A stretch of DNA of 32,000 nucleotides. Source: Halorhodospira halophila SL1 (lineage in GTDB: Bacteria; Pseudomonadota; Gammaproteobacteria; Nitrococcales; Halorhodospiraceae). The DNA lies in the NCBI RefSeq assembly GCF_000015585.1, contig NC_008789.1, positions 420,001-452,000 on the forward strand, in the 5' to 3' direction. Of this stretch, positions 1 to 8,443 are shown piece after piece. Each line of letters opens with the position of its first letter. Position 1 is the first letter of the stretch. Position numbers and translations under genes: made by a program. Below the pieces are notes generated by a model. It was not told the DNA's origin, made no database searches, and was given only the letters and a program-made list of their open reading frames with translations.

Positions 1-1885
1 GGTTATGCACGACCTGGCCGAAGCGGGTGGCGTCGCCCCGCACCCATTGCGGCGTGCCCGGCGCCTCCCGGACGGTGAGGCGCAGTCCGGCCTCCTCGGC
101 GACGGCCCGCAGCACCGCCACCTGGCGCTCCACGACCTCCGCCAGCTCGAAGGGCTCGTCGTGCAGGGTCAGCCGCCCCGACTCCATGCGCGAGAGATCG
201 AGCAGGGTGTCGATCAGTGCCAGCAGCTTCTCGCTGGCGCTACGGCACAACCCGAGGTATTCGCGCTGCTGCGGGGTCAGCTCCGTGGCCTGGAGCAAAT
301 CAGTGAAGCCGTAGATGGCATTGAGGGGCGTGCGCAGATCGTGGCTGACCGCCGCGAGGAAGGTTCGTCGATCGCGGTCGGCCTGGGCGCGCGCCCGCTC
401 GGCCGCGACCTGCTCGGTGATGTCGATGCCCACGGCCTGGAAGTGGCTGATCAGTCCGTCCTCATCGAAGAAGGCCTGGCAGGTCCACTGCACCCGGCGC
501 TGCTCCCCTGTGGCGGCGAGCACCGCGAGCTGCACGGTGCCCACCGGCGCCGCCCGGGTGAAGCGGCACAGGAAGGCCTCCAGCTGCTCGCGCGCCTCCG
601 GCCCGAGCCACTCGATCCAGCGCCGGCCGTCCATCTGCGGCGGCGGGATCCCGAACAGCTCGGCCACCATGCGGTTGGCGTAGAGCAGCGTGGTATCCGG
701 CAGGAAGCGCTGGATCAGGTGCGGGTGGTGGTCGAGGATCTCCAGCATCTGATCGCGCTCGCGCTCGATGCGCCTGCGCCGGCTGATGTCCTGGAAGGAG
801 AGCACAATGCCGGTGATCCCGCCCTCCACATCGCGCAGCGGGGCGGCGTAAACCAGCACATCGAAGCCCCGGCCGTCGGTCCGCCAGAAGTAGTCCTGCC
901 ACGCCTCCAAGGGCTCGCCGCTGCGCAGCACCCGGAAAATCGGACATTCCTCCAGCGGATACGGGGTGCCGTCCGGACGGCTATGGTGCGTCAGCGCGTG
1001 GGCCTCCCGGCCGAGGGCGGCCTCCTCGGAGGCAAACCCGAGCAACTGCCGGGCGGCGGGGTTGAGGAAGGTGAAACGCCCGGCGTCATCGAGCCCGCAC
1101 ACCCCTTCGTTGATGGCCTCGAGCAGGCGATCCCGCTCACCCTGCAGGCGGACGTGGGCCGAGATATCCTCGACCATGCCGTCGAATACCGTCCGCCCGT
1201 GCTCATCCTCCACCCGCCGCACTGAAAGCCGCAGCCAGAGCGGCCGACCGCGCAGCGTCCGGGCCTGGAGCTCCGCCCAGCTCACGGAGCCTTCGCGCTC
1301 GATCAGGGCACTGATCTCGGCCCGGCGTTCCGGGTCCCGGTAGAGCGCCGCGACCGGCGTCGCCAGCAGCTGCGCCTCGCTCTCGGCCTCGAAGAGCTCG
1401 ACCATCGCCGGGTTGACCTCAAGGAAACGCCCCGAAGGCCCGGGGGTGTTGCGGTAGATGCCCACCGGCAGGGAGCGGAATAGATCGTGGAAGACCTCCA
1501 GGCGGCGCTGATAGCGGCGTGTATCGGTGATGTCGTGGATGATGGAGTGAAGGTACTGCCGTCCGGCGAGCTCCAGCGGCCCGCTGTAGACCTCGACGTC
1601 CCGGACTTCGCCGCCGCACAAGCGGTGCTGGAAGCGGAAGTAGCGCCGCTGCTCGGCCCGGGCGCGGGCCATTTCGGCGCGCACTTGCGGCTCGTCCAAG
1701 GTATTGATCTGCTGGATCCGCATGCCGCAGAGCTCCTCCCGAGGGTACCCGTAGAAGCGCACGGCACTGGGGTTGGCGTCGAGGATGGCGCCGGTCTCGG
1801 GATCGATGAGCAGCTGAACCGCGACATGCTCGGTGAACATGCGGGTGTACAGCCGCTGCGCCTCGGACTGCTCGGATCGGTTCAT
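1..1885 (-). CDS. Multi-PAS sensor histidine kinase (partial; C-terminus runs off the left edge)
   Basis: Not in the ORF track because the frame is still open at position 1. Manual reverse-complement translation from the ATG at 1885-1883 gives MNRSEQSEAQRLYTRMFTEHVAVQLLIDPETGAILDANPSAVRFYGYPREELCGM... (PAS-like). The reverse complement of 301-370 reads RRTFLAAVSHDLRTPLNAIYGFTD, a canonical HisKA H-box. The 406-aa + ORF at 5..1225 is its antisense shadow. Confidence 0.85.
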   Translation of the reverse strand, partial: MNRSEQSEAQRLYTRMFTEHVAVQLLIDPETGAILDANPSAVRFYGYPREELCGMRIQQINTLDEPQVRAEMARARAEQRRYFRFQHRLCGGEVRDVEVYSGPLELAGRQYLHSIIHDITDTRRYQRRLEVFHDLFRSLPVGIYRNTPGPSGRFLEVNPAMVELFEAESEAQLLATPVAALYRDPERRAEISALIEREGSVSWAELQARTLRGRPLWLRLSVRRVEDEHGRTVFDGMVEDISAHVRLQGERDRLLEAINEGVCGLDDAGRFTFLNPAARQLLGFASEEAALGREAHALTHHSRPDGTPYPLEECPIFRVLRSGEPLEAWQDYFWRTDGRGFDVLVYAAPLRDVEGGITGIVLSFQDISRRRRIERERDQMLEILDHHPHLIQRFLPDTTLLYANRMVAELFGIPPPQMDGRRWIEWLGPEAREQLEAFLCRFTRAAPVGTVQLAVLAATGEQRRVQWTCQAFFDEDGLISHFQAVGIDITEQVAAERARAQADRDRRTFLAAVSHDLRTPLNAIYGFTDLLQATELTPQQREYLGLCRSASEKLLALIDTLLDLSRMESGRLTLHDEPFELAEVVERQVAVLRAVAEEAGLRLTVREAPGTPQWVRGDATRFGQVVHN

Positions 1886-1989
1886 AACGGTCCCTGCCGG
1901 CGCTGCCACCGACCTGTTTCAACTCCGCAGCACCATACCACCGGCGTGCACCCGATTGGGGCGGTGCGGCGGGATGCCGGCTGCTGGCC

Positions 1990-3546
1990 TCAGCCGCTGC
2001 GCCGATCGTCGCCGGCGTCGAGCAACCCCAGGCCCTGCCAGACCGGCAGTCGCTCGCGCAGGATGGCCCCAGCGCGCTGTTGCAGCTCGCGCAGGTTCTC
2101 CCGCTCGGACTCGAGGACCTCGCCGTCCCGCAGCATGCGCCGCCCCACGGGCCGGAAACGCGCCCAGACGGCCTCGGCCAGCCGCCGGGCGCGGGGCGGG
2201 ACCCCGTCAAGCAGCGCACTCAGGGCGACGATCTCGGTATCCGATGCGGCGACGCCACTGCCGATCGCCGGGGCGGGCAGATGGCCGTGGGGTTCATCGT
2301 CGAGGATGCGGGCGGCCAGCAGCTTGGCCAGCCGCCGGGCGGGCCCCGCATCGGCGACTGGCTGGGCCGGATGGGCCTGGCCGGTGGCCACGAGGACGGT
2401 GCAGGCCTGGATCAGGGCCGCCAATTCGATCCCGGTGGCCTCGCGCAAGGCGCCCAGCGTGGTCGTACCGCGGGCGAGGCGGTCCATCAACGGTTCATAG
2501 ATCCGGGCCTGCCCGGTCAGCTCGCCGAGGTTGGTGTGGAACACCGGCGTCATTTCGGAGCGGGTGAGCAGCGGCGCCAGGGACGTCTCGAGCAGCGCCG
2601 CGTCCTGCTGTGCCGTGGTCCCGCGGCGACTGCCCTTGATGAAGATGTCACGGCGGAACACCCGGTTGACCGCGTAGTCGCGCAACAATTCGCGGTAGTG
2701 GGGGTCGGCGACCTCCTCCAAGGCCGCGCGGGCCGCCTCGGGGAGGCTCAGGACGTCGTAGTTCTCCACCAGATCGGCTGAGCCGACGTAGTCGAGCTTG
2801 GCCGGGGCCAGATCGGCGACCACGTCGGTGAAGTACAACGGCTGCGCGGCGCTGTTGAGGTACTCGTGGGCCAGGTAGGTGGCCTCCCGGGCGATATCAC
2901 CGAGGCCGTCAAGCTTGGCCGGGGCCGCCGGGTGGCGGTCGAAGTAGGCCAGCCCCGCCTCACGCAGCCGCTGCAGAAAGGCCAGCCCGGACTGGACCTG
3001 CTCGTCGCTGCGGCCGGGGTGGCGGGCGGCGTGCTCGCGCAGCAGGCGCTGGAAGGGCAGCACGCCGGCCCACCCCGGCATGGCGTTGTAGCTGACGTAG
3101 ACCAGCCCTCCGGGCTTCAGCCAGCGCTCGATGAAGCGCACAATGGCCTGCCGATTGGCCGGGCTGACCCAAGCGTAGATGCCGTGCAAGGTGATGTAGT
3201 CGAAGGGTTCCAGCGCCGCAGCGGGCCAGTCGGCGGCCTCGGCAAAGCTCGCCTCGTGGAAGGTGACATTGCCCAACCCGGCTGCTGCGGCCTGGTCCCG
3301 GGCATTGGCGATCTGCCCGGGGAGGAAGTCGATGCCGACGAACTCGGCGTGGGGATTGGCGGCGGCGAGCAGGTTGGTCCCCAGCCCCTGGCCGCAGCCG
3401 AGCTCGGCGTAGCGAAACGGCCGGGCCGGATCCGGCGCCGGCTCGCCCCGCAGGCGGGCCACGAAACTCAGGTACCCCGGGGCGATCTCCCGATAGAAGC
3501 CGCTGATGTAGTTGATGTCCGAGACGTAGCCACCGCTCCAGTCCAT
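1990..3546 (-). CDS. Class I SAM-dependent methyltransferase with a long C-terminal 'methyltransferase regulatory' type extension
   Basis: ORF 1990..3597(-). Motif I is YAELGCGQGLGTNLL. The remainder resembles methyltransferase-regulatory-domain proteins. Start moved to the ATG at 3546 (MDWSGGYVSD...), which is preceded on the coding strand by GGGGAGGGGGA, a strong SD. Confidence 0.8.
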   Translation of the reverse strand: MDWSGGYVSDINYISGFYREIAPGYLSFVARLRGEPAPDPARPFRYAELGCGQGLGTNLLAAANPHAEFVGIDFLPGQIANARDQAAAAGLGNVTFHEASFAEAADWPAAALEPFDYITLHGIYAWVSPANRQAIVRFIERWLKPGGLVYVSYNAMPGWAGVLPFQRLLREHAARHPGRSDEQVQSGLAFLQRLREAGLAYFDRHPAAPAKLDGLGDIAREATYLAHEYLNSAAQPLYFTDVVADLAPAKLDYVGSADLVENYDVLSLPEAARAALEEVADPHYRELLRDYAVNRVFRRDIFIKGSRRGTTAQQDAALLETSLAPLLTRSEMTPVFHTNLGELTGQARIYEPLMDRLARGTTTLGALREATGIELAALIQACTVLVATGQAHPAQPVADAGPARRLAKLLAARILDDEPHGHLPAPAIGSGVAASDTEIVALSALLDGVPPRARRLAEAVWARFRPVGRRMLRDGEVLESERENLRELQQRAGAILRERLPVWQGLGLLDAGDDRRSG

Positions 3547-3732
3547 TCCCCCTCCCCGTTCGGCGCGGTACGGTACCAGTTTCCGGGCATCTTGCATCCC
3601 CGGGCGCCGGACACAAAGATCGGCTCGGGCCGAGCATACGAAGGACTGGCCGGTGAGGCGATCGGCAACGAGGCGCGCATCCTGATGGTGGCCGATGTCT
3701 ACATGGCCCTGGTCGGCCCACGCCTGGCTTCG

Positions 3733-5766
3733 CTAGGCCGGCGCCGGCCGGGCAAAGAGAAACCCCTGACCCTGGCGACAGCCGACATCGAGCAGGACCT
3801 GGCGCTGCGCCTCCGTCTCGACCCCTTCGGCCAGCACCGCGATACCCAGCCTCTGGCCCAGGGTCACGATGGCCTCGACCACCGCCACCTTCCGGGGGTC
3901 CTCGGTCAGGTCGGCGATGAACGCCCGGTCGATCTTGATCCGGTCCACCGGGAGCTCGGTCAGGTAGTTGAGCGACGAGTACCCGGTGCCGAAATCGTCC
4001 ACCGCCACGCGCACGCCGTGCCGACGCAGATAAGCCAACTCGGTGGCCACTTCGGTGCGCCTCTCGACCAGCAGACGCTCGGTGATCTCGAGCTCCAGAT
4101 CTTCAGGGGCCAAGCCGAAGCGGTTCAGGAACGCCAGCAGCTGCTCCCCCCAGCCCGGCGTCTCCATCTGCGGCGCGGCGATATTGACGGCCAGCCACTC
4201 CGGGGCCACGCCCTCGTCCCGCCACTGCCGGAACTGCCGGCCGGCCTGTTCCAGCACTTGCTCACCCACGTGGTGGATCATCCCGGCCCGCTCGGCGGCC
4301 GGGATGAACCGTCCTGGTGAGATCCAGCCGTCCTTCGGGTGGTGCCAACGCACCAACGCCTCATAACCCAGCCACTCCCCACTGCGCAGATCGACCTGGG
4401 GCTGGTAGTGCACCGCCAGCCCGCCGCTATCCAGGGCCCGGCGGAGTTCTGTGGTCAGATAGACCTGCTCGCGAGCCTGCTCCGTCAGTTCACGACTGAA
4501 AAACTGGCAGCGCGAGGCGGTCCGCTTCGATTGCTGCCGCGCGGCATCCGCCTGCTCCACCAACACCCCCGCCGACTCGCCGCTGTGGCGGGTCACACTG
4601 ATTCCCGCTCGCAAGCTGAGGTGGATCGACCGATCCGACAACGCCAGAGGATTGCCGACTTTGTCGACGATGCGCTCGGCATACCCCATGGCCTCCTGCG
4701 CGTCCGCCAGCCAAGGCAGCAATACCCCAAACTGATCTCCGCCCATGCGCCCGATGGTGGCCGCCTGGGGCAACAGTTCACGCAGCTTACGGCCCACCGC
4801 TGCGAGGATCTCATCTCCAAGATCCTGGCCAAGGCTTTCATTGATGGCGGAAAACTCCTTGATATCGCAGACGATCACCGCGAGCCAATCGGCGCTACCC
4901 TCCTGCAGAGCGTGGGCCTGTTCGATCCGGTCGTGGAAGAGCATCCGATTCGGCAATCCGGTGATCGGATCCCGGTAGAGCAGCCGCTCGATCTCGGATT
5001 CGTGGTGATAGCGCTGCGAGAGATCCCGCATCAATGTGGAGTAGCGCACCACGGCCCCGTGCTCATCGCGGTGCGCAATCAGGAACTGCTCCACCGGCAC
5101 TTCCGCCTCCATCCCCCGGTGGTGCAGGCGGGTCTCGCCGCGCCAGATACCCGTTTGCTCGGCGTTCGGGACCGCTTCGTTCTGGAGGCGTTGAAAGCTC
5201 TCGGGATCATGCGCGCCGGCGAGCCGTTCCAGGAACGAGCCAGATCCGCCCTGCCCCTGCGCCTCGTAGAGGGCCCGGTTGTGGTAGAGCATGCCGCCTC
5301 GGGTGTCAGCGATGCCGATATAGTCGGGCAATGCGTCAAGGAGTTCGAGCAGAAAGCCGCGCTCCTCTTCTGCGGCCCGGACAGCGGTCCAATCCTCGAT
5401 GGCCAGCAGCGCCTTCGGGCCCGCCTCATCGATGCCATCCCGCGCAACCCCATGACAGTGCAAAGTGCGGGGGCGCTGCCACGGATCACGAACATTCAGG
5501 GTCTCTTCGACCACAGGCTGCGGGGCGGCACGGTCAACCAGACGCTCCCACGGCCACCGGGGAACCGGCTCTTTCTCGTTCGCCTCGAACCGCCAGGGCA
5601 GTTGTTCCGGAGGGATCGGCTCGGCCGACCCGGATCGGCCGAGGAGATCCCGCGCGGCGGGGTTGACCGGTTGTAACCGCTGGTGGGCGTCCACCAGGAA
5701 CAGGCCGATGCGGGATCGATCCAGAAAGTCTTCCCAAAGGACCCGGGGCAAACCCTTCGCCGCCAT
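3733..5766 (-). CDS. PAS-GGDEF-EAL c-di-GMP signalling protein (degenerate GGDQF cyclase site, intact-looking EAL phosphodiesterase)
   Basis: ORF 3733..5919(-). The GGDEF region reads RMGGDQFGVLL. EAL-domain motifs YEALVRW, DDFGTGYSSLNYL, IKIDRAFI, EGVETEAQ and QGFLFARP are all present. Start set to the ATG at 5766 (MAAKGLPRV...) because the longer ORF would overlap the upstream MFS gene, which ends at 5864. Confidence 0.9.
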   Translation of the reverse strand: MAAKGLPRVLWEDFLDRSRIGLFLVDAHQRLQPVNPAARDLLGRSGSAEPIPPEQLPWRFEANEKEPVPRWPWERLVDRAAPQPVVEETLNVRDPWQRPRTLHCHGVARDGIDEAGPKALLAIEDWTAVRAAEEERGFLLELLDALPDYIGIADTRGGMLYHNRALYEAQGQGGSGSFLERLAGAHDPESFQRLQNEAVPNAEQTGIWRGETRLHHRGMEAEVPVEQFLIAHRDEHGAVVRYSTLMRDLSQRYHHESEIERLLYRDPITGLPNRMLFHDRIEQAHALQEGSADWLAVIVCDIKEFSAINESLGQDLGDEILAAVGRKLRELLPQAATIGRMGGDQFGVLLPWLADAQEAMGYAERIVDKVGNPLALSDRSIHLSLRAGISVTRHSGESAGVLVEQADAARQQSKRTASRCQFFSRELTEQAREQVYLTTELRRALDSGGLAVHYQPQVDLRSGEWLGYEALVRWHHPKDGWISPGRFIPAAERAGMIHHVGEQVLEQAGRQFRQWRDEGVAPEWLAVNIAAPQMETPGWGEQLLAFLNRFGLAPEDLELEITERLLVERRTEVATELAYLRRHGVRVAVDDFGTGYSSLNYLTELPVDRIKIDRAFIADLTEDPRKVAVVEAIVTLGQRLGIAVLAEGVETEAQRQVLLDVGCRQGQGFLFARPAPA

Positions 5767-5863
5767 CTCCGTGGCTCCCTGTCCGCTCAGGCCCACAGAT
5801 TTCCAAACCGTACAGGGAGTGTAAAGCCCGATCGGTCTACCGCCCCTCGATCCCGCGCTTCGC

Positions 5864-7216
5864 CTACCCGGCGGCTGGCTCTTCGGTGACCTCCGGCAGG
5901 CGGGCGGAGAGCCAGGCACCGGCCAGCCCCATGGCCGAGAGGATGAGAATCACGCCGGTGATCGGCAGGACCGCGGTCAGCGCCCCGATCAGGCCGGTGA
6001 GCAGCAGGACCACGCCGATGACGGTGTTGCTGACCGAGACGTAGTCGGTGCGCTTGTTGCCGCCGGCCAGATCGACCACGTAGGTCTTGCGGCCCATGCG
6101 CACCCCGGCGTGGGCAACGGCGAGGAGGAAGAAGAAGACCGGGTAGAGGGCGGCGTGCCCGGCCAGCCCGGGCGAAAGGTGGACCACGGACACCAGGGCG
6201 ATGCCGACCAGCGCCGCTGCTAGCCCGGCCCGGATCATCACGCGACGGCTGGAGGCGTCGGCGAAACGCCCCCAGAAGGGGGCCGAGAGCAGATCGGCCA
6301 GGCCGTCGGCGATGACGAACAGCCCCAGCGCCAGCGCCGCCGCACCGGTCTGCTCGTAGGCCAGCATGACGATGAACGGGGCCGTCAGCGCCGAGCACAG
6401 CAGCAGGGCACGAGCCAGGACGAAGCGCCGGAACGGCGGATCCTCGACCAGGAGGTGGAGCCGCGCCACGGCCTGGCGGATGGCGTTGCCGCCGCCGTCG
6501 GTCTCGCCGGGCTCCTCGCGGATGGCGGCGTAGAACCCGGCACCCAGAACCCACAGGGCGGCAGCACCGGTGAGCAGCAGCGCGTAGAGACCCGCCCCGG
6601 CATCGGCGCCCATGCCCAGCCAAAGCGCCAGACCGACGCCGACGGTGACCAGTCCGGCGGCGGCCGCCGACCAGCCGTTGACCTGGCCGCGCCGGGTCTT
6701 GGGTACGGTCTTGCCGAGCACATCCTTCGAGGCCACCGAGCACAGCCCGCGGGCCAGGCTGAAGAGCACCAGCGCAGTGATGATCCCAATGCCGGCGGCC
6801 ACCCCTTCCAGGGTCAGCGCCACCCCGGCCATGGCCAGCACCGCCACCGCCTGTAGGAGATTGCCGAGGACGTAGGTCCACTTGCGCACCGCCTGGCGGC
6901 GGATGAAGCTGGCGATGAACAGCTGCGGCAACAACGAGCCCGACTCGCGCACCGGGACCAGGAACGCCGTAAAGATCCCCGGGGCCGCCAGGGCACTGAG
7001 GACCCAGGCGAGGACGGTCTTGGGGCTGGCGATGGCATCACCGAGCTTGGTGAAGAACTGCGCGGCGATCTGCAGGAAGAAGTTGGCCGGCACCACGCGG
7101 CAGGCGTCGGCGCTGATGTCCTTGCAGACGCGGGCGTCCTCCTCGTTGACCAGGGTCCGGTAGGCCTTGTCCAGGGCGGACTCAGTGGGGGTGGCGACCT
7201 GCTGCTCCATGGTCAT
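5864..7216 (-). CDS. MFS-type transporter (about 12 predicted TM segments)
   Basis: 450-aa ORF. It is hydrophobic throughout, with repeated helix-length Ala/Leu/Gly/Val stretches and a central charged loop (AIREEPGETDGGGNAIRQ), as in major facilitator permeases. Substrate not inferable. Confidence 0.8.
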   Translation of the reverse strand: MTMEQQVATPTESALDKAYRTLVNEEDARVCKDISADACRVVPANFFLQIAAQFFTKLGDAIASPKTVLAWVLSALAAPGIFTAFLVPVRESGSLLPQLFIASFIRRQAVRKWTYVLGNLLQAVAVLAMAGVALTLEGVAAGIGIITALVLFSLARGLCSVASKDVLGKTVPKTRRGQVNGWSAAAAGLVTVGVGLALWLGMGADAGAGLYALLLTGAAALWVLGAGFYAAIREEPGETDGGGNAIRQAVARLHLLVEDPPFRRFVLARALLLCSALTAPFIVMLAYEQTGAAALALGLFVIADGLADLLSAPFWGRFADASSRRVMIRAGLAAALVGIALVSVVHLSPGLAGHAALYPVFFFLLAVAHAGVRMGRKTYVVDLAGGNKRTDYVSVSNTVIGVVLLLTGLIGALTAVLPITGVILILSAMGLAGAWLSARLPEVTEEPAAG

Positions 7217-7232
7217 GGCTCGGCTCCGAAAC

Positions 7233-7266
7233 GGTAGGGTTACGAACAGAAGCCGATTACCCTACC
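7233..7266. repeat. Inverted repeat GGTAGGGT-N18-ACCCTACC in the divergent MFS / REC-GGDEF intergenic region
   Basis: Read directly: ggtagggt at 7233-7240 and accctacc at 7259-7266 are perfect reverse complements. Lies 17 nt upstream of the MFS start codon. Could be an operator or a 5'-UTR hairpin. Confidence 0.5.
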
Positions 7267-7423
7267 AGTGGGGCGTGGGCACGGCGAGCAGCCACCCCCG
7301 CCTGCACCGGGCGCAGCACTGGCCCCACGGAACAAAACCCTGCAGAATGTTAGTTTAACCTCTTGCCGGACCCCCTCGCGGTGTACCGAGGCAAGCCCGC
7401 GGACGGGCCGTTGGACTGGACCG

Positions 7424-8350
7424 ATGATGCACGAAGACCCCCTGCCGCAGTGGCCGACGATCCTCATCGTCGACGACGAGCCCACCAACATCCAGGCCCT
7501 GGCCCACCTGCTCAAGGACGATTACCACATCCGGGTGGCCACGGGGGGCGCCAAGGCGCTGGAGATCGCCGCCGGGACACCGCAACCGGACCTGATCCTG
7601 CTCGATGTGGTCATGCCCGAGCCCGACGGCTACGAGATCTGCCGCCGGCTCAAGGCCGACCGGGCCACCCAGAACATCCCGGTGATCTTCGTAACAGGAA
7701 GGGACAGCGCCGCCGATGAGGAGCACGGGCTGGAACTCGGCGCCATGGACTACATCACCAAGCCCTTCAGCCCGCGGATCACACGAACCCGCGTGCGCAA
7801 CCACGTCGACCTTAAGCGCAAGACCGACGCCCTGGAGCGGCTCTCGCAGCGCGACGGGCTGACCGACCTGCCCAATCGCCGGGTCCTGGACCGGCAACTG
7901 CCGGAGGAGTGGAGCCGGTGCCAGCGCGGTGACACGCCGTTATCGGTCATCATGATGGATATCGACCACTTCAAGCCGTACAACGACCACTACGGCCACG
8001 GCGCCGGGGATGAGTGCCTGCGCCGCGTCGCCCGTGTGCTTGCGAATGTGCCGAGCCGGACCACGGACCTGGTGGCCCGCTACGGCGGCGAGGAGTTCAT
8101 CGCCCTGCTGCCCTATACCGATGCCCCCGATGCCTGGCAGATGGCCGAGCGGTTCCGCGCGGCGGTCGCCGCGCTGCAACTCCCCCACGGACACTCTTCG
8201 ACCGACGGCATCATCACCATGAGCGTCGGCGTTGCGAGCCATACGGCCGATCGCCCCTACGACAGCCCCGAGCAGCTCCTGGAGGCCGCCGATCAGGCGC
8301 TCTACGCCGCTAAGAAGGCGGGCCGCAACCGGGTCCAGGCGGCGCAATGA
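7424..8350 (+). CDS. Response-regulator receiver + GGDEF diguanylate cyclase (PleD/WspR-like)
   Basis: ORF 7268..8350(+), with start set to the ATG at 7424 (MMHEDPLPQWPTILIVDDEPTN). Receiver motifs are LILLDVVMPEPDG (acceptor Asp), IFVTG and YITKPF. The active site RYGGEEF is preceded by RTTD, an RxxD I-site at the canonical 5-residue spacing. Confidence 0.9.
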   Translation: MMHEDPLPQWPTILIVDDEPTNIQALAHLLKDDYHIRVATGGAKALEIAAGTPQPDLILLDVVMPEPDGYEICRRLKADRATQNIPVIFVTGRDSAADEEHGLELGAMDYITKPFSPRITRTRVRNHVDLKRKTDALERLSQRDGLTDLPNRRVLDRQLPEEWSRCQRGDTPLSVIMMDIDHFKPYNDHYGHGAGDECLRRVARVLANVPSRTTDLVARYGGEEFIALLPYTDAPDAWQMAERFRAAVAALQLPHGHSSTDGIITMSVGVASHTADRPYDSPEQLLEAADQALYAAKKAGRNRVQAAQ

Positions 8351-8443
8351 CCCCAGGCCTCGGGCCCCGAAGCGGCCGCGCGACGCCGCGACCGACGTGG
8401 TAACCTTGAGCTCCACGGGGTTGTGAGACAGGGAGGGTAGACC

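Noticed and set aside
5-1225. 406-aa + strand ORF, with nested ORFs at 27..314, 315..683 and 966..1343
   Set aside because: It is the antisense shadow of the minus-strand PAS histidine kinase. Read backwards it contains the H-box, and its own translation is Arg/Gly/Leu/Pro-rich with no motif. Long antisense ORFs are expected in GC-rich DNA.
2866-5676. Long + strand ORFs at 2866..4320 (484 aa) and 4339..5676 (445 aa)
   Set aside because: They are antisense to the methyltransferase and PAS-GGDEF-EAL genes, which carry clear family motifs. The + translations are low-complexity (G/R/P/A/L) with no recognisable domains.
5787-6881. 364-aa minus-strand ORF overlapping the MFS gene in another frame
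   Set aside because: Its composition is extremely Arg/Gly/Pro-rich and it is out of frame with a convincing 12-TM transporter ORF.
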